Shown: in pieces, positions 1-8,914 of the stretch
Layout: every line of letters starts with the position of its first letter
Position numbering within the stretch: position 1 is the stretch's first letter
DNA from: Candidatus Aminicenantales bacterium
GTDB lineage: Bacteria > Acidobacteriota > Aminicenantia > Aminicenantales > Saccharicenantaceae
DNA length: 60,040 nucleotides
Direction: 5' to 3'
Assembly (NCBI GenBank): GCA_049512315.1
Contig: JBEKXF010000020.1
Span: forward strand, 1 to 60,040
Made by a program: the position numbers and the translations under genes
The notes under the pieces: model-generated
What the model was told of the DNA's origin: nothing
The model's input: the letters and a program-made list of their open reading frames with translations, nothing else
Database searches by the model: none

Positions 1-335
1 GCCCTGGAGGTTGCGCCACGCTCGCAGGATAAAATGCTCACCAAAGGGGGTCAGTCAGTAAACCAACTCATAACTTTCCTGCGCTACTCCCCCCAGGGCG
101 CAAAACTCAAGGCGCTGGGCGGTTAAAATAACCGAACTCCGGCGGCGGGGGTGGCGGGGTGAAGTGCAGCGGCTCCTGGATATTGCGGCCCGGATGGGAG
201 ACGCCGCACCCCGCACCTTCAATCTTCGAGAGCCACCCTCGGTTCTTAGCCAGACCTTTAGTGCTGGCCTTTTCCAGAGAGGAATAGTGCCTTTATCTTT
301 ACTTTTTCTTCCGTTTCGGACGGAGCGGTCGGCTA

Positions 336-473
336 GAGGGCAAGTACGACGAGCCCACCCGCTTCCAGTCGCTAGAATATGTCAACTCCCAGCGCGAGCA
401 GGACTTCGCCAAGGAGTGCGAGAAGAAGCCCGGGATGAAGCGCATCCTGGTCAGGCCCAAGCGGCGGTGCTGA
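336..473 (+). pseudogene. Probable 3' end of a gene truncated near the window start (EGKYDEPTRFQSLEYVNSQREQDFAKECEKKPGMKRILVRPKRRC*)
   Basis: Host-like GC3-rich codons from about 336 to TGA at 471-473, followed by a GC hairpin and a T-rich tract. There is no start codon after the upstream in-frame TAG at 285-287. Confidence 0.3.
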
Positions 474-544
474 CCCCGGCGGCGGGGTCTGCCCCGTTTT
501 CTTTTCCGGCCCTTTTGGATATGATGGGGGGCGGGAGGATGCCC

Positions 545-1561
545 ATGGACAAGGATAAGTTACGCAAGATAGCAGACGCCGTCATCATCGTCTTTCTCCT
601 CGGGGTCGTCCTGAAGCTGGCCAAGCCGGCCCTGATCCCCTTCTGCTTGGCCCTCTTCCTGTCTTTCGCTCTGACGCCCGCCCTCGATTTCCTGGTCAGC
701 TGGAAGGTCCCGAGATCTATCGCCATGGCCGCTATCCTGCTCTTGACGTTTATCTTCCTCTATCTCATGGGGGCCGTGTTCTACGCGAGCGGCAAGCAGT
801 TCGCGTCGGAGCTTCCCTCGAATAACGAGATGCTGAAATCGTTACTCGACGGGATGGACCAAACCATCAAGAACCCGCGGCTGAAGGCCGAGGCCTTGAG
901 CTGGCTCAGCAACCTGAACGGGGAGAAGGTCGGGGGCTTCATCCTGTCCGCGCTCGGCCCGTTCCTCTCCTTCATGTCCGAGCTCCTTCTCGTCTTCGTC
1001 TTCATGATCTTCATCCTCGGCGGCCGCGGCCGGATGGAAAAGAAGATCGCCCAGGCCTTTTCGCCGGACCAGGCCTCGACGGTGGCGCAGGCGATGCGCA
1101 ATATCGACCACCAGGTCCAAAGGTACCTTGCCGTTCAGACCCTCGTGTGCATCATCACGGGAGCCCTGACGACCGCCATCCTCGCCCTGTTCCATCTTCC
1201 TTTCGCCATCGTCTTCGGCGTCCTGGCCTTCCTCCTCAACTACATCCCGACGCTCGGGTCCATCATCGCCACGGCCCTGCCGGTCCTGCTGGCCACGTTC
1301 TTCTTCGGCAATCTCGGCCCGGTCGTGGGGATCCTGGTCCTCCTGATGGCCATCAACTTCGTCCTGGGGAACTTCGTCCAGCCCCGCCTCATGGGAAAGG
1401 GACTGGGCCTGAGCCCGCTCCTCGTCTTCTTCTCCCTGTTCTTCGGGTTCTGGCTGTGGGGGATCCCGGGCATGATCCTGGCCGTTCCCATCCTGGCCGT
1501 CCTCAAGATCATCATCAGCAACATTCCGTCGCTCAAGATCCTTGAGGCGATGATGGGTTAA
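545..1561 (+). CDS. AI-2E family (PerM/TqsA-like) transporter
   Basis: Multiple TM helices with motifs LNYIPTLGS, GNFVQPRLMGKGLGLSP and WGIPGMILAVP. Start placed at ATG 545 behind GGGAGG; the ORF-track extension from 164 is unlikely to be coding. Confidence 0.9.
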   Translation: MDKDKLRKIADAVIIVFLLGVVLKLAKPALIPFCLALFLSFALTPALDFLVSWKVPRSIAMAAILLLTFIFLYLMGAVFYASGKQFASELPSNNEMLKSLLDGMDQTIKNPRLKAEALSWLSNLNGEKVGGFILSALGPFLSFMSELLLVFVFMIFILGGRGRMEKKIAQAFSPDQASTVAQAMRNIDHQVQRYLAVQTLVCIITGALTTAILALFHLPFAIVFGVLAFLLNYIPTLGSIIATALPVLLATFFFGNLGPVVGILVLLMAINFVLGNFVQPRLMGKGLGLSPLLVFFSLFFGFWLWGIPGMILAVPILAVLKIIISNIPSLKILEAMMG

Positions 1562-1687
1562 AGGGGAAGGGGAGGGAAGCGGGTCAGAAGTCCATGCCCG
1601 CCCGGGCCTCCGGCTTGACCGCGTGACCCGCAACGTGGCCGGTTTGGCCAAAGTCCATGAGCTAATGAAAAACCAAGGCCTAATGGT

Positions 1688-1834
1688 TCACTTTACCCGC
1701 GAGGGCATGCCCATCGACGAGGCCTCCGCCCTTGCCTTCGCTTTGGTCTCCGCCGTCTTCGTCTTGGTTTCCGTTCCTGCCGGAACCGTCGTGCGGACGG
1801 TCTCGAAGACCTTCGCCGTTTTTTTCTTGGTCAT
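1688..1834 (-). CDS. Small 48-aa Lys/Thr/Ala-rich hypothetical protein (MTKKKTAKVFETVRTTVPAGTETKTKTAETKAKARAEASSMGMPSRVK)
   Basis: ATG at 1834 preceded by GAGGAG, TGA at 1688-1690, host-like codons. Below the ORF-track length cutoff. Confidence 0.5.
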   Translation of the reverse strand: MTKKKTAKVFETVRTTVPAGTETKTKTAETKAKARAEASSMGMPSRVK

Positions 1835-1983
1835 CTTTTCTCCTCTGGGTCTATAGTCTCAGACCGGTTTCGAAAAGCATACAAGAATGTTCGTCAGCAA
1901 GTCGCAGATAACGGCCGAAATGCGAAAAACATTATTCCTACTGGGACCGTAGGCTATCGGGATTTCGGGGGGGGGCAGGTCAG

Positions 1984-2034
1984 TGGTTTGAAAATCTCAC
2001 TTCAGGGGTGGTACATTGAGTGGAAGCAGGTCAA
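1984..2034 (+). repeat. Orphan IS3/IS407-type terminal inverted repeat, copy 1 (ends ...GCAGGTCA); a second GCAGGTCA end lies just upstream, ending at 1982
   Basis: 47/51 nt identical to 50155-50205. Its reverse complement starts (T)TGACCTGC, like the TGACCTG end of the IS at 55985. Confidence 0.6.
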
Positions 2035-2085
2035 CGGAGCTGCCCGCGGGAAGGTATAAGACTTATCAAGCAAAGGATAAATACC

Positions 2086-3522
2086 ATGAAACGATCCAGA
2101 CTGTACGGTAGACGTACCAAGATCGTATGCACGATAGGCCCGGCGACTGGGTCAATTGTGATGATCGAAAAGCTGATTAAAGCCGGAATGAATGTGGCGC
2201 GGCTCAATTTATCTCATGGCACGCTAACTGAGCACGCAGGTTATGTCCGTGCCATCCGGGATTTGAGCCGGCGCTTGGGCACAATCGTTGTTGTCCTTAT
2301 GGACTTGCCTGGGCCTAAATGCCGTACCGGAAGATTGAAGGGCCACCAAGCCGTCTTGAAAAAAGGCGCTCAGTTGTCATTCATAACAGAACAGATAGAG
2401 GGTGACGCGACAAGGGTATCGGTCAACCTGCCTGACCTGCCCAGAGACGTCAAGCCGGGCGACACCGTTCTCCTCGATGATGGTGCGATGCAGCTCAAGG
2501 TCCAGCAAGTGGATAGAGGCGAAGTCAAGTGCCGGATCATCGTCGGAGGGATTCTCACCGAAGAGCGAGGTCTCGTCGTGCCGGGCATGCGGAGCTCCGG
2601 CCCATTTATCACGGACGCCCTGCGGGAAGCTCTTCTCTTCGCCATCAGCCAGCGCCCGGATTACCTGGCGCTTTCTTTTGTCACCGCGGCCGATGATCTT
2701 ATTGGTGTCAGAAAGCTTATGGCTGAGCAGGGTGCGGATATCCCGATCATTGCCAAGATCGAGCGGGGTGAGGCGGTCAAAAACTTTGAACGTATCCTAG
2801 CGGAGAGTGACGGGATCATGGTTGCCCGGGGGGACCTCGGTGTCGAGATTCCCCTGGAAAGAGTCCCTCTTGTACAAAAGGAGGTCATCAAGAGGTGTAA
2901 TCATGCCGGCAAGCCGGTGATTACTGCTACGGAGATGCTTGAATCAATGGTCAAATCTATGCGACCAACCCGGGCTGAGGCGACTGATGTGGCCAATGCC
3001 ATATTCGACGGCACGGATGCCACCATGCTTTCGGAAGAGACTTCAATTGGCGAACATCCAGTACAGGCGGTAACGGTCATGGACAGAATTGCCTGCGAGA
3101 CTGAAAAGAAGCTGCCTTATGAACTGGCGTTATCCGAGAAAAAGACATGGTTTGAGCAAAGAACCGAGGAACTGATAAGCTACAATGCCTGCGTTACTGC
3201 TCATAACCTGGGTGTACGCGCCATTGTGGTTTTTACCGGGTCAGGCAGCACAGCCGGGCGTGTATCAAAATACCGACCCCGTGCAACTGTTTTGGCCATG
3301 ACCCCCAATGAGGTTGTTGGCCGCAGGTTGATGCTATATTGGGGAGTACAACCCGTCCGTGCAGCCACACCTTCCTCGATATCTGGTCTATTTTCTTCGG
3401 CATCGTCCCTTACGAAGGGACTCGGGTTGGCTAGGCCGGGAGATCTTATTGTCATTACCGGCGGCATACCGCTGGGTTTGGCGGGCACAACGAATTTCCT
3501 CAAAGTGGAGGTTGTTCGCTAG
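2086..3522 (+). CDS. pyk: Pyruvate kinase
   Basis: RRTKIVCTIGPA, GMNVARLN, KIE, DGIMVARGDLGVE, TEMLESM, PTRAEATDVANAIFDGTD. Start at ATG 2086 after AAGGA. Confidence 0.97.
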   Translation: MKRSRLYGRRTKIVCTIGPATGSIVMIEKLIKAGMNVARLNLSHGTLTEHAGYVRAIRDLSRRLGTIVVVLMDLPGPKCRTGRLKGHQAVLKKGAQLSFITEQIEGDATRVSVNLPDLPRDVKPGDTVLLDDGAMQLKVQQVDRGEVKCRIIVGGILTEERGLVVPGMRSSGPFITDALREALLFAISQRPDYLALSFVTAADDLIGVRKLMAEQGADIPIIAKIERGEAVKNFERILAESDGIMVARGDLGVEIPLERVPLVQKEVIKRCNHAGKPVITATEMLESMVKSMRPTRAEATDVANAIFDGTDATMLSEETSIGEHPVQAVTVMDRIACETEKKLPYELALSEKKTWFEQRTEELISYNACVTAHNLGVRAIVVFTGSGSTAGRVSKYRPRATVLAMTPNEVVGRRLMLYWGVQPVRAATPSSISGLFSSASSLTKGLGLARPGDLIVITGGIPLGLAGTTNFLKVEVVR

Positions 3523-3542
3523 TCCGGCATAATCGTGTCTGG

Positions 3543-3737
3543 TGCTTGACGTCAGCGAAATCCGGGCAGGGATTGATTTCTCCTAAGCTATGGTTTCCAA
3601 TAACAAAACCATACGAGGAGGAATGAATGGCCGGGAAACAGGGAAGCTCACCGGAATCGATTGTCCGGGAGATCAAGTTCACTGTCAGGGGGAGAAGCTA
3701 CAAGATTTCCAACCGCGCCGGCCATTTCGCCAACTGA
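3543..3737 (+). mobile_element. Relic of an IS3-family left end with a truncated orfA start (MAGKQGSSPESIVREIK...)
   Basis: TG-starting IR-like TGCTTGACGTCAGCGAAATCCGGGCA, strong RBS GAGGAGG, ATG 3627. SPESIVREIK resembles N-termini of IS3 OrfA proteins as I recall them; the frame ends at 3737. Confidence 0.45.
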
Positions 3738-3775
3738 AAAAGAGTAGTGAAGGGGGGCCGGAAGGAGCCCTCGGC

Positions 3776-4429
3776 CTATTTGATGACCTGAGTCACGTCC
3801 CGCACGGGTTTTCGCTCCCTCGGGGCGGGACTCTCGGCCGGATAGCCCACGGGAATAAAAGCCACCAAATCCATTCCGGGCGGAATGTTCAGGATTTTTT
3901 CGATCTCCCCCTTGGCCTGCATCGGACCCGTCATCCAGACAGCCCCCAAACCCATCTGGTGCAGGACCAGCAGGAGATAGGCGATCGCGGACGATACGGA
4001 CTGAATTCGCGTATCGGCCACGCTTCTCCACGCGCGCATCTGCCGGATTTTCGGATCCGTCTTTTCCCGGGCCGCCGAAATCTGATCGAGCGGCGATTTG
4101 TACGGGGAGGCAGCCACCGCGATCAGCGCAGGGGCGTTGCGAAAGAAGCCCGACCGCTTCAGCATGAGGGCCAGGTTTTCTCCAAGCTGGCTGACCTCGG
4201 GCAGAGATGCAACATAATCGGCGCGCGCCTGGACCGCGTCGGCTATGGACTTGATAACGTTTTTGTCCAGGACGACGGTGAAACGCCAGTTCTGCTGGTT
4301 GCCGCCATTGGGGGCCCAGGTTGCCAGTTCAATGGCCTGAAGCAGCTTGTCCTCCTCAACGGACTTGTCCAGCCAGCTGCGAATCGAACGCCGGCCTTTG
4401 ATCAAATCGGCCAGTTCACTCGTGTTCAC
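3776..4429 (-). CDS. Nitroreductase family protein
   Basis: RRSIRS, WAPNGGNQQNWRF, GLGAVW, IPVGYP; RBS AGGAGG before the GTG start. Confidence 0.92.
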   Translation of the reverse strand: MNTSELADLIKGRRSIRSWLDKSVEEDKLLQAIELATWAPNGGNQQNWRFTVVLDKNVIKSIADAVQARADYVASLPEVSQLGENLALMLKRSGFFRNAPALIAVAASPYKSPLDQISAAREKTDPKIRQMRAWRSVADTRIQSVSSAIAYLLLVLHQMGLGAVWMTGPMQAKGEIEKILNIPPGMDLVAFIPVGYPAESPAPRERKPVRDVTQVIK

Positions 4430-4755
4430 TCTTGCCTCCTATCTGAGAAATCATTTCACGATACTCTAGGAATCGGATGTCAGTCTCCGAACAGGGAATC
4501 CGGAAAAACGATTTTCTCCTTCTTGCCCAGGCCCGCGGCGTCCCGGCGAAGGAGGAACGTTCCGATTCCCGCCGCGCCCCAGCTCGTCGCAGATCCAGTC
4601 CCGGCCGGCGGCCTTCCTGACCGACTTGGTTCGTCCCTCACTCGGAGGCCGGCTGGAGCGGCCGGTCGATGTCCTTGACCCCCCGGTTGAAAGCTACGTT
4701 GATGGCAAGGAGGGCCGCCGAGGCCCGCGGCGAAGCCCTGATCGAAGCTGTTTGT

Positions 4756-4911
4756 CGTCAGGGGCCCGATCCTGCGGATGGTGTTCTTCAGGTCCTCGCC
4801 CGGGAAGTATTCCATCATGATGAATTGGGCCGGGCCGTCCTTGCCCAGGTCGAACATCCGGCAGACATTTCGGTGGGCGATCTTCCGGGTCAGCTTGAGC
4901 TCGTTTTGAAA
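4756..4911 (-). pseudogene. Fragment of a Ser/Thr protein kinase (subdomains III-V)
   Basis: FQNELKLTRKIAHRNVCRMFDLGKDGPAQFIMMEYFPGEDLKNTIRRIGPLT, with no Gly-loop, HRD or DFG in the flanking sequence. Confidence 0.75.
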
Positions 4912-5078
4912 CCACGCGGGGCAGCGCATTTCCCGCAGAAGGTGGTATCCTCCGGATTTTCGAAATGACAGCGCGGGCACGCCTGAGTCAAGGACCACCC
5001 CTCCCCGTTGGCTTCCCATAAGATAATGAAATCGCCAGGGGGAGTCAACCCGCTCATAGAGCCTGGGCCGGCCCGCCC

Positions 5079-5107
5079 TTGACAGGGGAGCGGGACCCGA
5101 CTAGATT
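5079..5107 (+). promoter_or_regulatory. Sigma70-type promoter
   Basis: TTGACA-17nt-TAGATT upstream of the RBS and ATG at 5123. Confidence 0.55.
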
Positions 5108-5122
5108 AAAACCAGGGAGGGC

Positions 5123-5653
5123 ATGAAAATGAAAAACTCGAGGGGGATCATGAAAGCCGCCGTTGTCGGCTCGGCCGTGGCCATTCTCTGCCTGGCCGGG
5201 TTCGCGTCCGACAAGATTTCGGATAACGCGAAAACCTACCAGGCCGGCCTGGAAGCGATGAAAGGCCAGGAATACCCGAAGATCCTCGCCAAGCTCGCGG
5301 ACTGGAAATTCGAGCTGGTGGACGCCTGGATGACGGAGACCCCGGCATCCAAAGACTTCGCCAAGCACAACGGGGGCAAGGTCAAGTTCTCCAAGAATGA
5401 GATTGACGAGATCTTCAGCCCGGCCGGAAAATTCAAGATCGCGGTCTACGGCCTGTTGGTCGGGACCGATTCGGCCACGACGGGCTCGATCGACAGCGCC
5501 GGGACGAGCTTCGAGAAGGACGCCACGGTCAACCTGCAGATCTATACGGTCATCCGCGTCGTGTTCAAGGAGGACAAGTTGATCAGCGTCCGGACCTGGC
5601 CCAAGCTGGAGAGCTCCAATATCACCGGCGGGACCTGGCACCTCCGCCATTAG
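5123..5653 (+). CDS. Hypothetical exported protein
   Basis: GGGAGG RBS, N-terminal signal peptide, host codon usage; no family recognised. Confidence 0.8.
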   Translation: MKMKNSRGIMKAAVVGSAVAILCLAGFASDKISDNAKTYQAGLEAMKGQEYPKILAKLADWKFELVDAWMTETPASKDFAKHNGGKVKFSKNEIDEIFSPAGKFKIAVYGLLVGTDSATTGSIDSAGTSFEKDATVNLQIYTVIRVVFKEDKLISVRTWPKLESSNITGGTWHLRH

Positions 5654-5670
5654 CCTCTTCGCGGCGCTCT

Positions 5671-6609
5671 TTGACTATAAGTAAATCCGTTGCGGGCCGG
5701 GTTTTGCTGGCGGTCCTTCTCTCCGTAACGGCGGCGGGATGGGTCTGGAGCCGGCCTCAGGACCCGGCTGCCTCCCCAGCCGGGGCAGTCCCCAAATTCT
5801 CCCATGTCGTGATCGTCATGATCGAGAACAAGGAATCCGGAGAGGTCCTGGGCAATCGCCGGATGCCGATCTTCAACGGCTGGGCCGGCCAATACGCCCT
5901 CCTCACGCGCTATTATGCGATCACCCACCCCAGCCTGCCGAACTACCTGGCCCTCGTCAGCGGCGATTTTTTTGGCATCCAAACTGATTGCCTCGACTGC
6001 TTTGTCAGGGCCCGGAGCCTGCCGGACCTCCTGGAGGACCGCGGCCGCTCGTGGAAGGCCTATGCCGAGGGGCTGCCAGCGGCCGGCTTCCTGGGGAGCT
6101 TTTACGGCAGGTACGCGATGAAGCATAACCCGTTCGTCTATTTCGAGGCCATCCGCAAGGACCCGGCGCGCCTCAACCGGAGCGTCGTCCCCCTGACGGA
6201 GCTGGATGTGGACCTGGCAAAGAACGGGCTCCCGGATTACTCTTTCATCGTGCCCGACATGTGCGATTCTTCCCACGACTGCGGGGTCGAGGTCACGGAC
6301 GCCTGGCTCGGCCGGGTCGTCGCCCCCATCCTGCAGTCGCCGGCTTTTGATGCGAACAGCCTGCTCATCCTGACGTTCGACGAGGGGACGACAGACCAGG
6401 CCTGCTGCGGCCGGTCGCCGCTGGCGAGGGGGGGCAAGATCGCGACCGTCCTCATCTCGCCTCTGGTCAAAGCCGGGTATCGTGACCCAACGCCGTATTC
6501 CCATTATTCCCTGCTCAAGACGATCCTGAGATCATGGGGCCTGGACGATCTCGGGCATACCTCGGACCCGGCCGTCGGCCTGATCGTCCAGCCCTGGAGA
6601 GGCCGCTGA
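5671..6609 (+). CDS. Exported phosphoesterase / acid phosphatase (alkaline phosphatase superfamily, SapM-like)
   Basis: HVVIVMIENK, THPSLPNYLALVSG, KHNPF, ILTFDEG, YSHYSLLKTI; signal peptide. Confidence 0.88.
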   Translation: MTISKSVAGRVLLAVLLSVTAAGWVWSRPQDPAASPAGAVPKFSHVVIVMIENKESGEVLGNRRMPIFNGWAGQYALLTRYYAITHPSLPNYLALVSGDFFGIQTDCLDCFVRARSLPDLLEDRGRSWKAYAEGLPAAGFLGSFYGRYAMKHNPFVYFEAIRKDPARLNRSVVPLTELDVDLAKNGLPDYSFIVPDMCDSSHDCGVEVTDAWLGRVVAPILQSPAFDANSLLILTFDEGTTDQACCGRSPLARGGKIATVLISPLVKAGYRDPTPYSHYSLLKTILRSWGLDDLGHTSDPAVGLIVQPWRGR

Positions 6610-6713
6610 GGCCCGGCTCGGCGCGCCCGGGTCAATCATAGCCGCCCCGCCCGTTGGCAATTCTCCGGATCATCCTGTAAAATAGATGGGCTAGTAACTT
6701 CAAGGAGGCACGA

Positions 6714-7217
6714 ATGAACAAAAAATCGAGACTGATCGCGCTCTTGGCCGTGATGGCCGTGATCATGGTCGCGGCCGCGGCGGCCCAGCAGAAGTCCGAC
6801 GACAAGGCCATCGATCCCGTCTGCGGGATGACGGTCGTCAAGGCCAGCGCCGCGGCGACCTATGAATACAAGGGCACGAAGTACTATTTCTGCTCCACCG
6901 GCTGCAAAGAGGCGTTTGCCAAGGACCCGGAGAAGTTCCTCAACAAAGCGGCCTCCGCTGCCGAAAAGAAGGATGCCAACATGCCCATGGCCGGGCATAT
7001 GGGCATGCACGGGAAAATGGGCGGCCAGGAAGCCGGGGCCAAGGCCATGGGTTGCTCCATGAGCTGTCCCCTCCATGCCGAGGGTGTGGAATGGGTCGTC
7101 GAAAATACTCCGGACGGCGCGGTCGTTAAGATCACGTCAAAAAACCCCGAGACGGTCAAGGCCATCCAGGAGCACCTGGCGAAGATGAAGGAGATGAAAA
7201 AGGCCGTCAAGAAATAA
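6714..7217 (+). CDS. Exported YHS-domain protein with a Met/His/Cys-rich segment
   Basis: DPVCGMTV...YKGTKYYFCSTGCKEAFAKDPEKF; signal peptide; RBS AAGGAGG. Confidence 0.88.
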   Translation: MNKKSRLIALLAVMAVIMVAAAAAQQKSDDKAIDPVCGMTVVKASAAATYEYKGTKYYFCSTGCKEAFAKDPEKFLNKAASAAEKKDANMPMAGHMGMHGKMGGQEAGAKAMGCSMSCPLHAEGVEWVVENTPDGAVVKITSKNPETVKAIQEHLAKMKEMKKAVKK

Positions 7218-7244
7218 CCTTCGCCGCGACTTCGCTCTGTTCCC

Positions 7245-7279
7245 AAGCCCTCTTTTCTGCCCGGGAAAGGGGGCTTTTC
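7245..7279 (+). terminator. Probable intrinsic terminator
   Basis: AAGCCCTCTTTTC...GGAAAGGGGGCTT hairpin followed by TT after the YHS gene. Confidence 0.5.
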
Positions 7280-7281
7280 AT

Positions 7282-7310
7282 TTGACACCCATATTTGCCC
7301 GTGCTACATT
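7282..7310 (+). promoter_or_regulatory. Sigma70-type promoter for the hypothetical-hemW-alkD operon
   Basis: TTGACA-17nt-TACATT with a TG extension. Confidence 0.6.
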
Positions 7311-7329
7311 TTTCCAGGGGAGGGGAACC

Positions 7330-7800
7330 ATGAGCGAAACCGGGAAAAAAGACGCCTTTTTCGAAACGCCCGCCTCGCGGAAGCTCGTGGATCTCATCGA
7401 GGGCAACGCCGACGAGTTGACGGCCAGCTATGTCCTCTCCATCCAGCGCGACCCGCGGATGCCCAGGTATCAGGGTTTCGACCAGAAGGAGATCTTCAAG
7501 AGGGCCTACCGCGTCTACAGCCAGCTCGGCAAGTGGATCTCCCATGAGACGACCAAAGAGGAGATGAGGAGCTACTGGACGGACCTGGGGAGACAGCGCC
7601 GGAAGGAAGGATTCCCGTTTTCCGAGATCGTCCTGTCGCTCTGCCATATCCGCGGCCAGCTCTGGGAGAAGGTCCAGGCGGCGGGGGTCCTGGACACGGC
7701 CCTGGACCTCTACCAGGCCATGGACCTTCACCAGCGGGTCATCGTCTTTTTCGACCGGGCGATGTATTTCGCGGCCATCGGCTACGAAGAGAAGAGCTGA
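7330..7800 (+). CDS. All-alpha hypothetical protein (RsbRD N-terminal / globin-like sensor domain type)
   Basis: LGRQRRKEGFPFSEIVLSLCHIRGQLWE...FFDRAMYFAAIGYE pattern; AGGGG RBS before ATG 7330. Confidence 0.65.
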   Translation: MSETGKKDAFFETPASRKLVDLIEGNADELTASYVLSIQRDPRMPRYQGFDQKEIFKRAYRVYSQLGKWISHETTKEEMRSYWTDLGRQRRKEGFPFSEIVLSLCHIRGQLWEKVQAAGVLDTALDLYQAMDLHQRVIVFFDRAMYFAAIGYEEKS

Positions 7801-8913
7801 GTGCGGGCCGGCCTTTACATCCATTACCCCTTTTGCCGGGCCAAGTGTCCGTACTGCCATTTCTACAGCCTCGCGAACCGCGGCGATCTCCACCTCGACT
7901 GGTGGGAGGGGCTGAAAAGAGAAACGGAGCGCCATGTCAAAGAGAGCCTCACGATCGACACGGTCTACATCGGGGGCGGCACGCCATCCCTCCTTCAGCC
8001 GGACGACCTTTGCGCGATCCGGGAGCTCCTCGACGGCCGCTTCTGGCTGAAGGCCAGGGAAATCACGCTCGAGGCCAACCCGGATATCGAGGATGACTCG
8101 GTTGTCCAGCGCTGGAGGGAGGCCGGCATCACCCGGCTGAGCATCGGGGTCCAGTCCTTTGATAACTGCATTCTCGGGGTCCTGGGAAGGAATTATTGGG
8201 CCGACAGGGCAAGGGTTTTTTATGGGATCTGCCGGGAGGCGGGCTTTGATTCCATCAACGTCGACTTGATGACCGGCGTCCCCGGGGAAACCCGGGAGAT
8301 GGTCGAAAAGACCCTCGAGGAGACGGTCCGCCTGGCTCCTGATCATGTTTCGCTCTATATCCTCGAGAACGTGGATGGTCTGCCCTTCGAAAAGATCCTG
8401 GAGCGAAATCCGGTCGACGAGGACGCGGCGGCCGACATTTACCGGATGTGCCAGGCCGGGCTGGAGTCGGCAGGACTCCGCCAGTATGAGATCTCCAACT
8501 TCGCTCGCCCGGGAAAGGAATGCCTCCACAACCTGAAATACTGGCGCTACGAACCTTTTCTCGGGCTGGGCCCGTCCGCCTGTTCCCATATCGCCGCCAA
8601 GAGGTGGTGCAACAAGAGAGACCTTGGAGAATGGGCGGAGGCGTTGCGCCGAGGCGAGGCGATCCAGGAAGAGCTGGTAGAGCTCACCCCGGAAACGAGC
8701 GCGATGGAAGCCCTCGTCTTCGGGCTGAGGCTCGTCGAAGGCGTGGACCTCGGCGCTCTCCGGGAGCGCTTTGAAGTGGACCTGGCGGCGAAATTCGCCC
8801 GGGAGATCGATGAGCTCTTGGAAGAAGGATGGCTCGTCCGGGCGGGGAGCGCCATCCGGATCCCGCCCGACCGGTTCCTCGTCTCCAACCACGTCTTTTC
8901 GCGGTTCGTCTAG
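7801..8913 (+). CDS. hemW: Radical SAM heme chaperone HemW
   Basis: YIHYPFCRAKCPYCHF, YIGGGTPS, EITLEANP, QYEISNFA and HNLKYW (HNxxYW). Confidence 0.9.
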   Translation: MRAGLYIHYPFCRAKCPYCHFYSLANRGDLHLDWWEGLKRETERHVKESLTIDTVYIGGGTPSLLQPDDLCAIRELLDGRFWLKAREITLEANPDIEDDSVVQRWREAGITRLSIGVQSFDNCILGVLGRNYWADRARVFYGICREAGFDSINVDLMTGVPGETREMVEKTLEETVRLAPDHVSLYILENVDGLPFEKILERNPVDEDAAADIYRMCQAGLESAGLRQYEISNFARPGKECLHNLKYWRYEPFLGLGPSACSHIAAKRWCNKRDLGEWAEALRRGEAIQEELVELTPETSAMEALVFGLRLVEGVDLGALRERFEVDLAAKFAREIDELLEEGWLVRAGSAIRIPPDRFLVSNHVFSRFV

Positions 8914-8914
8914 A

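Noticed and set aside
164..544. N-terminal extension of the AI-2E ORF
   Set aside because: It is non-protein-like, overlaps a better-looking gene tail in another frame, and a good RBS precedes ATG 545.
4480..5019. Intact 179-aa kinase
   Set aside because: Only about 52 residues are kinase-like and the catalytic motifs are absent; annotated as a fragment.
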